From Botryllus schlosseri (Eukaryota): a DNA stretch of 64,000 nucleotides. The notes under the pieces were generated by a model. That model was not told the DNA's origin, made no database searches, and was given only the letters and a program-made list of their open reading frames with translations. Where the stretch lies: the NCBI GenBank assembly GCA_051294905.1, contig CM119381.1, forward strand, positions 27,838,001-27,902,000. Direction: 5' to 3'. The position numbers and the translations under genes were made by a program. Positions 50,579 to 62,400 of the stretch are shown here, piece by piece; the first letter of the stretch is position 1; the number at the start of each line of letters is the position of its first letter.

Positions 50579-51710
50579 CATGTTCGAGTTAATCAACCTA
50601 GTTTGCTTTACGTTTTTCTCTCCAACAACAAATTCGTTTTTTTTTGTTGCCATATTTGCTTTTCGTAGTGTTTTGTGGTAGCCCTACTATTACAAAGACA
50701 AAGATGCCAAGGATACTTGGTGACCCCCCCCCCCCCCCCCCTTGTATATATACCCATCAAAAACGCTACCAATATAAAGTCCCCAATTACTTCTCAGTAA
50801 TATAAAACACCTCAAAAATCAGCCTTGCAAACAGAAGTGTCTATTAATGGCAAATATTGCAGAGTATATTAACATTTAAAAATGATTAACATCCATCTTG
50901 GATGCTCTTTAGCAATATCATTGATATCTTTTCTTTAAAATATTGCGATTTTAGAATTTCATTCTCTAAACCACAAAAGCAAATTTTATACGAAATAAAG
51001 TTGATTTTCGACACTTACTGGTCCTAAGCCATAGGGAAAAATGATTGGAGCCTGGGAGCAAAAAATAATAATTTTGTTACATTGTGTAATCGGCGTGCTT
51101 TCAAATGTTGTGTAGACACTATGGAACTATGTGACTTCATTCTATAGCGACGACGAAGGCCACAATGCTGAAGTACATGCTGGCTTTTTAAGCGTCACCA
51201 AATGTATCAACGGGAACAAGCAAATGCTAATGATCCCATAAAATCAATATCTTCTATCGCTTTGCCAACAATTTCGACGAGGGCTTGCAAGGGAATATAA
51301 GCTTACATCTTAACAGTCAATTTGCAACTTTTGACAGTCCATGCGAACGAATTACGATCTTTTTGACAACTACCTACTTACTTGAGTAGATTTAAAGTCA
51401 TTCTCTTCTACTTCCAGTAGTTTTAGGTTGCTTTTAAAAGGACTATTTCTACTTATACTTATAGATTTTTGTGTCGCTACTTCTACTTCTACTTGAGTAG
51501 CTTGCTTGGCTACTTTGACCACCATCGAGGAGGCCGATGCTCGCAACACAGACATCGGCGATTGTTTTCGATTTCGACCAGACGACCCCCTTTTTGAAAC
51601 CATAATACTCATTACTCAGCTACCGTTGTGTATCTGCGATTGCGCTTCTCTGTACAGCAGCCGGCTTACATTTTGAGGCAAAGATTTCGAGCTAGTCGCT
51701 GCGTTTGAAC

Positions 51711-51850
51711 CAGGGCTGTGGAGTTGGTAAATTATTTCACCGACTCAAACTCCGACTCCAGACATTTTAAATAGACCGACTCCAGAGTCTTTAAAGGTAC
51801 CGACTCCGGCTCCAACTCAGACTATTTTCCTCACAGAACTCCGACTCCAA
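51711..51850. mobile_element. Left end of hAT element with GACTCC arrays
   Basis: Begins CAGGGCTGTGGAGT followed by (C)GACTCC repeats; matching right end at 55140-55268, but no shared TSD. Confidence 0.7.
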
Positions 51851-52431
51851 CAGTAACACAAATTTTCGTCGAAAATTATATGCCACAGTGGTTGGACGGT
51901 TGAATGACTTTCACACAACCATTAAACATATGAAAACATATTGCTCACGATGACATGCAAAATTTTTTCATTGTGGCACATCTTGAAATGTTCACTGTTC
52001 AATTATCATGTAAGTATTTATTCGAAATATTCTTCCTTCTTTCATATGTTATAGTTTTTAAGACCTAGACAAGGCACGGATTCTATAATATGTATGAATC
52101 ATTCAAACACGATATATATATATATCCCAACCTGTAAAATTAAAATGTGGATAAAATGTAGTGTTAGTCAGGACCGAAACCGCACTTTGCCAGCCCCCCC
52201 CCCAAAAAAAAGACGTTGTTCTTCGGCCCCAATAGGGTGATTAACCATACTTATGGGGCTTCGTTTCCCCCCTAGACCCCCATCAGGCTATGCTATATAT
52301 ACTATACTATATATACCTCTTAGGACTTATATAAACATGATGTTTCTGCAGCTTTTGAGCTATATATCAAGACTCTACGACCAGCGGTTGCCGAGATATG
52401 GAATTTTACCCCCTCCCGCGCAGAAAATGGG

Positions 52432-53020
52432 CAGGGTTGTAATGACTCGAGTCATGACTCGACTCGAGTCACGATTTTCTGATGACTCGACTTGACTCGA
52501 GTCATTTTCTCAAAATGCGGAAATGACTCGACTCGACTCGAGTCAATCTGTGTATTGACTCGACTTCGACTCGAGTCATTGTGCATGACTCGAGTCAAGT
52601 CATTTGATTCGAGATTCAGACGGTCAAGACCGACATTTCATTGTAATTTCGAAGAATAGTAGAGTAACCACGCTATTGGTATTTCGCCTATTGGTACTGG
52701 TACTTGAAAATGCGACCAGAGACTGCTAAAAGTGAAGCAAATCAGTATATTAGAAATGCAAGCCATTCGATATCGCCAAAGAGAGTTATAAAAATTGGGT
52801 TTAACAAGACTTAAACTGGAAACTGAGCTGTCAGCACAATGACTTGGACTCGGAATCGAGTCATAATACCATGATTCGGACTCGACCCTCATCTCGCTGA
52901 CTTGGATTCGGACTTGACTCGGTGGTGAATTGAAAATGACTCGACTTGACTCGAGTCAAAACTATAAAAGTGAGATTGACTTGTTACTCATCGGAGCCTT
53001 GTGACTTGGTTAAAACCCTG
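52432..53020. mobile_element. Non-autonomous hAT MITE with GACTCG arrays
   Basis: Termini CAGGGTT; TSD AAAATGGG/GAAATGGG (7/8); colinear with 39392-39971. A third, truncated copy lies at ~55270-55750. Confidence 0.9.
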
Positions 53021-53739
53021 GAAATGGGGGCAATTCCCTAAATTCAATTTTTATCGAAGTCTCAGGTCATTGTCGGGATTTAAGAACCCCCTTTTTTGAT
53101 TCAAAGAAGAAGTCATTTTGAGCATTGTTGAGCATCGTTCTTTCAGGCGACCAAACAACTTCATGGGGTTTACAGTGAAATTTTTAATAACTTTTTTTTA
53201 TTTTTTGGTATAAATTTAAAAAATTCACTTGGCTCGCTCTGCGGCGGTTAGTTCGGGTTGGAATTGAGTCAAATTTGGTGCGCAGCGTGTTTTTCAGGCG
53301 ACCTAACAATTTAATCAGTGAACCACCGGAATTCGTAAAAAAAGTTATTTTTGAACAACCCTGGGCAAGATGGTACTCTTACATGCCACAGAAATCTGAA
53401 CAACATACGAGAAAGCTGAGAATTCTTGCTTAAATTGAGCGCATTCTTTGAAATTTGGGATAACCTACAAAACGCGATACAGAATCGCAGATCGGTCCAG
53501 CAGAGCTAGATTGTAACGCTCACAAAGCTCACAAATCTGTCACGCTCTTGAGATTGAGAACACGGAGCATTGGATTTCCAGTCTTCTTGAATTAAACATA
53601 AAATACCGGCTTTCATATCGGCCTTCAAAATAACGATGATCGGGAAAGTCCCAAATACTTCACGCCGAGAGATACGTGTCCGCGCTGTTGCGTTGACGAG
53701 CCAGTTTGAAACTGGAATTGTAAATTATCGTCATGAGCG

Positions 53740-56453
53740 CTAGATGTCGCCACCGTTCGACCTTTTGTAGATCTTCATCTCCGAGCAACAGAGATAATAA
53801 TAACCATAATCGACATCATCCCACCAAAATCCCTTCCAGCCTGTTTTGTTAAAGTTTCCGTTCAGGTTGTTGTAGGCGCATGAGCCGTAGCCGTGATACC
53901 ACCAGCCTCCTTCCCAGTAAGAGGCGCAATTGCCAGACCAATCATCGTGATCCGCGTCCTTGGTTGAGAATTGTCGATTGTTGTGATCTGCCAGAGCGTC
54001 TCTGTCATTCCCGGAGCGTCCGGATACGTGCAGTTTGTAGAAGTCGGATCTGGGGCCGATGCGGAAGTTCCTGCGAAAAGAGAAGCTGCTGAAACCTAAT
54101 CAGCTGCCATTTCTTTATTTATTTATTCTTTCTTTACTTCTTCAAAAGTTCCTCTTGCGAATTTTGTCTAATCTAATCTAAGCTCCATATTTTGGAATCG
54201 GGATAGGAGGACACTTTTTCAAGATTTTCGAACTCAGAATACCGGTGGAAAATCCTGAGAAAATGGTGATTTTTCCCACTAAAAACAAAAAGGTCATCTA
54301 CGACATCTCACTCCATTTTGGCGGTCAATTCCCAAAAAAGGACCTTTAGGCGTCCTCCGAGGGATTTTCAAAAACTCGAAAAACGAAGACAAATCATCCT
54401 AAAGGACGCATGGTAACCCTGATTTATGAGCTCTTATATCTTTAAATACATTGTGCCACAGGCGGGGAAAATGTCCGTTTACGTTCGTCGTCGTCTACAT
54501 TTCTCTGGATTCCAGATAAAATCAGGACGAAAAATGTGTTTTGTGGCTTATCTTCTACTTTTCTGCATTTTCTCGTTGGAACTGTCACTCCATACGAAGC
54601 AGCTTTGCAAGAATGAAGAAAAATGGAATGGACAGGACAATTCATAGTATAGCCGATAAGACACCACGACAATGCACTTTGTAAGAAAAATTGACTTTTG
54701 AAACAATTTTACGATCGTTTTGATTATTGGACAATTTTTAATAATTGACAGTTGGACATGACAAAAAAACAGCCCTATAGTCATGGTGTTCAATCAATCT
54801 AAGTTTCTCAACTTTGGTTCTTCATTACCCAATTTGCGTATGAATCGACGCGTTCGACCGCAGCTCACTTGTATTTCGCCCACCGATGATCTTTTTCACC
54901 TTTCCTCATCATGTTGATTTCCAACGACATGTCATCTCCTTTTGTCGCTTGATGCAGTGCCTCTAGCCCTGAAAACGTGAAGAAATGATATAATAAGGCG
55001 TTAATTTGGATTGTTTTTCCATGCGAAAATGCCACAACCGAAGTGGAATATTTTAGTTATCACAGAATCAGCATTGTATTAACTCGGGTCACGCCTTTTT
55101 GTTTTTTAAGAGAACTTTGAAAGCACTTGTTTTCATATTAAAAAAGTCGGAGTCGAGAGCATTTTCACAAACTCTGACTCCGACTCCGGTCAGTATTTTT
55201 TTACGACTCCGACTCCGACTCCATCAAGGTAAAATGAGCGAAACTCCGACTCCTACTCCACAGCCCTGTAAACCACTACGCGATTCGAGTCGCGCTTTTT
55301 TAGTGGACTCAACTCATTTTCTCAATTACGGAAAATAACCCGACTCGACTTGGGTCAATTTGTGTATTGACTCATCGACTTGAACTCGAGTGAATGCGCA
55401 TGACTCAACCAAGTCATATATGACTCGAGACTTGGACGGCCAAGATAGGTGTTTTACTGTAACTTATTTGAATAGAAAGTCTATAAAGTTTTGGTATTTC
55501 GATTGTGTGATACTTGAAAAAATGGGCTGGAAATGAGATTGAGGAAAATCGCTATATTATGAATACGAAGCATTCGATATCACCCAAGCAGAGTTTTAGA
55601 AAGATGGGCTGAACATGACTCAACCTTGAAAATGAACAGTGTAGCCTACACAATGACTCGGACTCGAGTATCAACACTATATGACTCCGACTCGACCCAC
55701 TGCTCTCCGACTTGGACTCTGACTTAACTCGAGTCAAAACTATAAAAGTAATATAGACCCAGACATGATGTCTGAGTTGAAACACAGTCCGAACTGGCGG
55801 CGTGCTCGGACATCATGTCTGGGATATGTTCGGACTGCTAGGTTACCACTGGGATATCGTGTCTTGGATATGTTGGTACTGCAACTGACCTTATAGTGAA
55901 TATATAGCGACTGGCCATATTTCAAACATGAAACTGACCTTATTTCGAACATGACTATCTTTACTTCAAACATGAGACTGACCTTATTTTGAACATAATC
56001 GAACCAACCCTGTAGCAGATAATGACCGAATTACTATATCGACAAAATTCTACAACTTGATGGAATCAAATTACAACATTCTCACCGAGCCACAAATCTC
56101 CATCACAATCCCCGAATCCGTTCACGTAATCATCCCAACCTCGGTAGAAACTCACGTTTCCGTATTTTCTTCGCTGGAAAACCTGAAACGGAAATCAGCA
56201 ATATACAATCAAAATTGCAGAAATCCCACGAATTGTATTTTTCTCCAAGTCCGCGTTCGAGTTTATGGCTAAAAATTTTGTGTTGCTTCGACCCGATTTC
56301 AACTGTTGTACGTCTTAAACCGATCTTCATGTATGAAAGATTCTAAATCTTACTCACAGTCCATTTCTCGTGTGCAGCACATGTATTCGTCATATCTTCT
56401 GCTGCGATTTGAAGCGGGTAATTCACGAATCCAAATATCAAAAGAAGCCACAT
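53740..56453 (-). CDS. Short secreted fibrinogen-related (FReD) protein, 4 exons, ~207 aa
   Basis: Exons 56453-56358, 56182-56086, 54968-54869 and 54070-53740 (phases 0,1,2, same as FReD gene 1). Motifs KWT|VFQRR, GWDDYVNGFGDCDGDLWLG, FSTKDADHD, GGWWY, NLNG, SEMKI. Start codon inferred from a signal-peptide-like segment. Confidence 0.9.
55140..55268. mobile_element. Right end of hAT element with GACTCC arrays (in FReD2 intron 2)
   Basis: Ends ACTCCACAGCCCTG, the exact inverse of the 14-bp terminus at 51711. Confidence 0.7.
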
Positions 56454-57128
56454 CTTGGGCGAAATTTTCAAAAGTAACTTGATATTCAATACATCAACTC
56501 GCCCTGGGATACTATCAGCTGCCAATTTCTGAAATAATTTGCTTCGATTTTTAAAATTGAAAAATTCTACCTTCCAGGAATGCAAACCCGGTGATTTTCG
56601 TACCGTTCGATATAAAATTTCGGTGCGTAACCAATGTCGCCTATCAGGTCAACGTGATATTGGGCTAATGTTTGGCAACTTAGACAGTGAACATATTGCG
56701 ATTCATATTACGCGGTGATTAACCTATACACGCTTCTGAAATATAAATTTTAGCTTTTTAATTTACACTTGTCGGTACACTCCGGTTAACGATGCGTATC
56801 CTACTGAACTTGATAAGATATATGAGGGTGGGCAGATTGATCTATATAGGCGCATAAGATAATGCGACCTATTTTAACTGAGCCCTGCAAACAATTGCGT
56901 TTTCTACCAACATATAACGCATACGTTCTACACAACCAACTCTCCCATCAATTGACAGACAGACGTTGGCAATCACAATTCACTTCATTGACTGCCATTT
57001 TGAGGAAGACAGCTTCCTGAAATTCTTTGAACCGCGTTTCACAAAAAGCTCACGCGATCAAGTATCAGATCAGAAAGAAAGTTTTGAAAAAATATCAATT
57101 TTGCGACATGGTATCACTCGTTGTAGAC

Positions 57129-58001
57129 CAGGGGTGGCCGACCTTTTCGGTCAAAGGGCTACATGAGATTTACGAACCATTTGCGCGGGCCACTTGAATG
57201 TGGATTACATTTTTTTAGTCCTCCGATAGGATCGAACCCAAATAGGTAACGTTGAAAACAAGATTTATATTACTACGCTTTAAAATTGACAACAACTATA
57301 TGCCATGAAAACTCTGTGTGCAACTGTGCAGTGTGCATTCATGTTCGGGTAGCGCCAAGCGCGAAATACTTTCAAAGGTATATGAATGAGTAAGTTCGAC
57401 CAATAAATATGTTATTTGCATACATTGGGGGTCGCCTCTGTATATCACTGGGCTCATCTGGCAAGGACAGGTTTATTCGGCGCTTAGACATAGCAATATC
57501 GAAGGTTTCGGTGAACATGCCTTTATCATTTTGTGCAAATATGCTTCATCGCCGACGATCTCGCTGCGAGCGCACAAGCGAAGTCGCATGTTGGACGACA
57601 CGTTATGTCCTAATTGCGAAAATAGTTTGACTCAATTCTGTAAATTACGCGTATTTATTATTTTCTGGAGGGAGCTGCAATACTAAATGCCAGAATTCGA
57701 GTGACAATAAATCATGCGAAGTGCAAAGAAAAATTCCAAGTCAAATAATTCTGCTACGAAATATTCTACTTTATGGTCATATACGAAGATATGCGATAAA
57801 TGTGGCTGGCCCCTGGTTTTGCCAATGCGTCGGAACTGATGTTTTAGTCATCATCAAATTTCGCGGTCAGGCTAGTCAAATTTTGGTTGGCCTTTTAATT
57901 TTAGCTGATGATATAACTAATTTCGAGAATTACCTCGCGTGCCACACCAGACCTTCTCGCGGGCAACATTTGACCAGCGGGCCACGGGCTGGCCGCCCCT
58001 A
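57129..58001. mobile_element. Non-autonomous hAT (Buster/Charlie-type) element
   Basis: Ends CAGGGGTGGCC / GGCCGCCCCTA; TSD TTGTAGAC/TTATAGAC (7/8). Internal similarity to 16820-17076. Confidence 0.85.
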
Positions 58002-58499
58002 TTATAGACCCATCAACCGTTTTTGAACATACAGTGTTTGCTACCTATATGTATTATACAGGCATATCATCAGAATTGGTCATTGGGCCGATGTTTCTCC
58101 GAACAAAATGATATAAATTATAAAAACATCCAACAGCGAGACGCAATATTTACTGGCTCTCAATACGTCAGTTTCCTCACATCAATCTGATATTTCTCAC
58201 CATTGCTAAAACACTGATCTCAGTAACGGTTTATTAGTGTATGCTACTGTATAATAAACTGCTTATGTGGTATACATGACCTCATTCTGATAGAATGGAA
58301 GTATATCCCCAGATCGCCAACTATGGCATATTTCCAAGAAGCCTAAACGCTAACAAAATCTGATAAATTTGCTGTTTGGCTTCTTATTTATATTGTTTTT
58401 TTGTTAAGTTTTGAGCGCTGACTCAAAAAACATCGTTCAATATATAGATATGATCACTGATTACAGTGATTAGCTATCATCGATCATTATCGCGCTGTA

Positions 58500-58640
58500 C
58501 GGGCCGGTGGTTACGAAGGGGCGTGGTTTGGGCTAAATTGTACTTCCTAATGAATAACACAAAAACATTAAGTTAGCGTTGTTGAGCTGTTGGTTCCTGC
58601 TTCCTGTACACAGAGTCCGGAAGCGAAGGGAGTCTGAATC
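58500..58640. promoter_or_regulatory. Possible promoter-like GC/Ets motif cluster
   Basis: GGGGCGTGG at 58518-58526, CCGGAAG at 58617-58623 and CTTCCT motifs in unique sequence. Target gene unknown. Confidence 0.25.
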
Positions 58641-59405
58641 TCCGTTCACTCATTACAGCTGCAGTGTTGCAACCTCCATTTTGTTTCCAAGACTATATTC
58701 ATTGCAGTATCATTTATTAAACTTTAACCTTACCAAACCTTATCAAAAGTGACATCATTCCTGGCCTAATTTGCTAAGGGAGACTTTGTGATCTAAAAGT
58801 ACGTGCATGAAGCACGTAATCCACATTTTATACCTATTACAATAGGGACTGCAGCGTGGGGTGCAACCGGTACCTTCAGAGACAGAATTGTGCCCTCACA
58901 CTCTTCCATCGGGTGGAAATGCGTCACATACACCTTTATGTGATCTAACCCAAATCTGCGGGGTCTGTTTACGCTTTACCGCCCTTTTATACCTTCTATC
59001 AGCGTATGAAAAAGTGTATATTCAGTTTTCACAGTTGAAAATGTCTGAAAGCAAGATGACACCAGAAAGTGGCGTTCCTCTGAATTAGCCTATACGCCCC
59101 ACGCACACGATGCGACGAAAATCAACAGAACGCATTTTTCGTTTACACCAGTGGTTCTTAACCTTTTTTCATTCAGCTCCCCGATCCATCCGATCATTCT
59201 AGTATTTGCTGACTCCCTGCTACAAAGTTAAGAGGCCACGGAAATTGCCGATATTATTACCTCAAATGGCCGATTTACCCATATTTCTGTCAAAATGTAT
59301 CGGATCGATATTACTTCAAACTATTAACTAATAAATAGTCGGGATCCATAACACGCACACACATCTCAGTAAAACTAAAACAAGTATAGGATATGAAGAT
59401 CAGCA

Positions 59406-59411
59406 TTTATT
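59406..59411 (-). terminator. Polyadenylation signal AATAAA of the MAM/galaxin-like gene
   Basis: AATAAA on the - strand ~55 nt after the stop at 59466. Confidence 0.6.
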
Positions 59412-59465
59412 GACATGTGGACAGCTTCACGTGAATGTAAATACAAGTCCGTCGGAATCTGATTT

Positions 59466-62400
59466 TCATGACGTAGCGATCGATCTCTTGCCGATCGCCC
59501 TCGGTTTGGAGCTCGGGTTGCGCGCGACCAGCCGGTTGTTATCGACACAACGTTTCTGCATCATGTTGTAAACAGTGTCGCCGCCGCAGCACGCGTGAGT
59601 GCGCTTTTTGTAGATACGGTTGCCACCGCAGCATCCGTGCGTGTTCACCCTGTCAAACGAGAGATTTCGTGTCCAGATGTGGTAATTAACGATGTATAGG
59701 CTACTTTAAATATATATATATATCACCCACTCCTCCAATTTTACTCCCATATCCCACCCCAAATTTTCATTGTATTTATTACGCTGAGCTGACTTATGTT
59801 TTTTTTCTTCACAAAATTGCAACCACGGCATAGATGATATCTGAATTTGTTGAATGCGGGGTTTGATCACACCATTAGACCCTACCCATCGATCGCACCC
59901 TGTCCTACAGCGTTAAGATCCTTTTTTATATGCTTTTCATCCGACAATGTAAACTGCTCTTCGCTTGGACGAATCGACAAATATAATTCAAGTAGGTTGT
60001 GTGTACTATATGTAGAACTCGCAGTTTATTAAGGTATTCAGCGTTGGTACCCAAGCAGAAGTAGAACTAACGTCGTAAATTTCTACTCAAGTGGATGTGC
60101 TTCATGGATTAATTTCACTTCTACCTAACAGTTTTGAGTCTTTGTACAAAGCCAGTCCTAGAATAGTTACTTGGAAATCGCTACTTCTACTTTTAATTGA
60201 ATAAAAAATTGCGAATTTACTTCTATTTGTGCACCAGCGATGACTACGTTGACCAATAACCACATGTGCTCGTGTCTGAGAGCGGAGCGATTCTGTCACT
60301 ATAGCCTAATCCAGGGGTGGGCAAACTACGGCCCGCGGGCCGCATGCGGCCCGCAACACCGTTCTGTGCGGCCCGCGAGAGTCTGAAGAAACTTATTAAA
60401 AATATTGATAAAATGCTTACTAAAAATCGAATTAATGCAACTTTTTCTTAGTATATTGCAACATGATAATTCTAAGGCAGCGGTTCTCAAACTGGGCAGC
60501 TCGCCCCCTTGGGGGCGTGAAAGCATCTAAAAGGGGCCGCGTAGCTGATTTCAAATGAAAAATTTTTTCGCGCTTCGCGCGATTTACATCCAATCTCAGT
60601 TATGGCTCTGTGTTTAGTATCAATTTCATATTCAAAAATCTCTCATTCACAGTCGTCATCTTTCATGCCATCTAACTATCCGATTCGTTCTTTGTATGCG
60701 TAGAATTAGGGTGTTTATATTTTATCACACATAGTGCAAGCGTGTTTGATGCTAACATGGTTATGATGCTGTCAGCATTGTGTGTTCTGGCATTAAACCA
60801 AAGTGGAATTAGTAAATCTATGAGCAGTTAGGTGCTCACATATTCAAATTTCAATCCTGTTCTAAGAATAGGGACAATCGACTTTCATCTCTACAGTTTT
60901 GACACATTGGTTATTGAGCTCGACCAGCCTATGAAATCTCGCCACTGTTTCTGACGCGTGTACGATATCATCAAAGCAATGTTTGGTTTTAAGCCTATAT
61001 ATTATCTCCATGTCCTCGCTATGTGATCAAATACCAATGTTGCGTTTTGGTGCGGCCCGCGAATGGATTCAGAAGTTGAATGCGGCCCGCGAGCTCAAAA
61101 GTTTGCCCACCCCTGGCCTAATCTATGTGATCTAAGATTCTACCGAATCAACTCACCAAAGCACTGTCCCGCTGCAGCATACATTTGAAAATACGTTGTA
61201 TAGACTTTTACCACAACATTGGACCAGGTGACCCTTCCGTGGTCTGAAAAAACGATATTGGTTACTGACATGACTTGAGAGCGTTGGGGGCATTCAACCT
61301 GACAGCACCGGCGCAACACATTTGCTTTTCCACGTGCGAGTAATCGTCCCCACATCGCCGCCAGCTCGGGTGAGAAGCTTTCCACGATACTGGTGTCGTG
61401 GTTGGGGGTTGAGTCGTGATTCCGCGCAAGGTCATCGTTGTAGCTGGGGATGGAGACAAATGTGAGTCGATAAATCAGCGTTTATTCATATCAAGTTGTC
61501 AAAAAAATTATGTTTAACAATATTTGCTCACTTTCAATCGGCAGAAGCGAAATAATTGAAGTTGAAAATCTTGGATTTATAAAAATAGCCTGGACGGTGG
61601 GTAATCCCGGAATTATGAATGAAAAACTCAGCGAACTTCGCTTCTACGGGTTGGAATTGCGTAAAACTTGCTTTGCATCGTTTTTGTAGACAACTCAGCA
61701 ATTTCATGGGGTTGAAAGTAAAATTTGAAAAAAAAGTAGTTTTTTTTATAAATAAATTCAAATTTTTCAAATTCCGGTGCGTTCACATCTACCAGTTGGA
61801 ATCGAGGCTAATTTGGTGCGCAGCGTTTTTTTTGGCAAACTAACAATTTAATCAGCGAGTCCCCGGAATCCGAAAAAAGGTTATTTTTGACAACCCAAAC
61901 ATTAAGTCACAGTCACTGCATTAAGCACTCTTCTGGCAAGCGTCTCACGTTACGGGACCACGATTTGATGCGGCAATTTTGCTCGTGACTATATATTTTG
62001 CGTGTTGATTTCATTGTTTTGCAATTATTCTGTCATGTCTCATTCGGTGTGTATCGCCAATTCTCAGAGGTGGTAAGTAACGAAGTACTTCTACTTTTTG
62101 AAAGTACTCAAGTAGTTTCTCTACTTCTGGTACTTTCTCAAGTAGATCTGGTGTTCTCTACTTCTACTTCGTAATATTTTGTGATCTACTTACTTACTTT
62201 TCTCTATTTTCAGTTTGTCAAGTAGAAGTTGTTTTATTCCCCAATACGAAAGATAGCCTGAGGAATTTCGGGGATGTTTTCACGGAGTACCAACATTTAA
62301 TATCCATAAAAGTCAAGTAACGCCCCGACATTTTGATGCGCTTCGAGCATATAATTTAGGTACCGGATTACTTGGTTCCTCTCACACCGCATTGTCGCCT

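Noticed and set aside
54442-54793. ORFs within FReD2 intron 3
   Set aside because: No recognisable motifs, and the FReD exons splice in frame without them.
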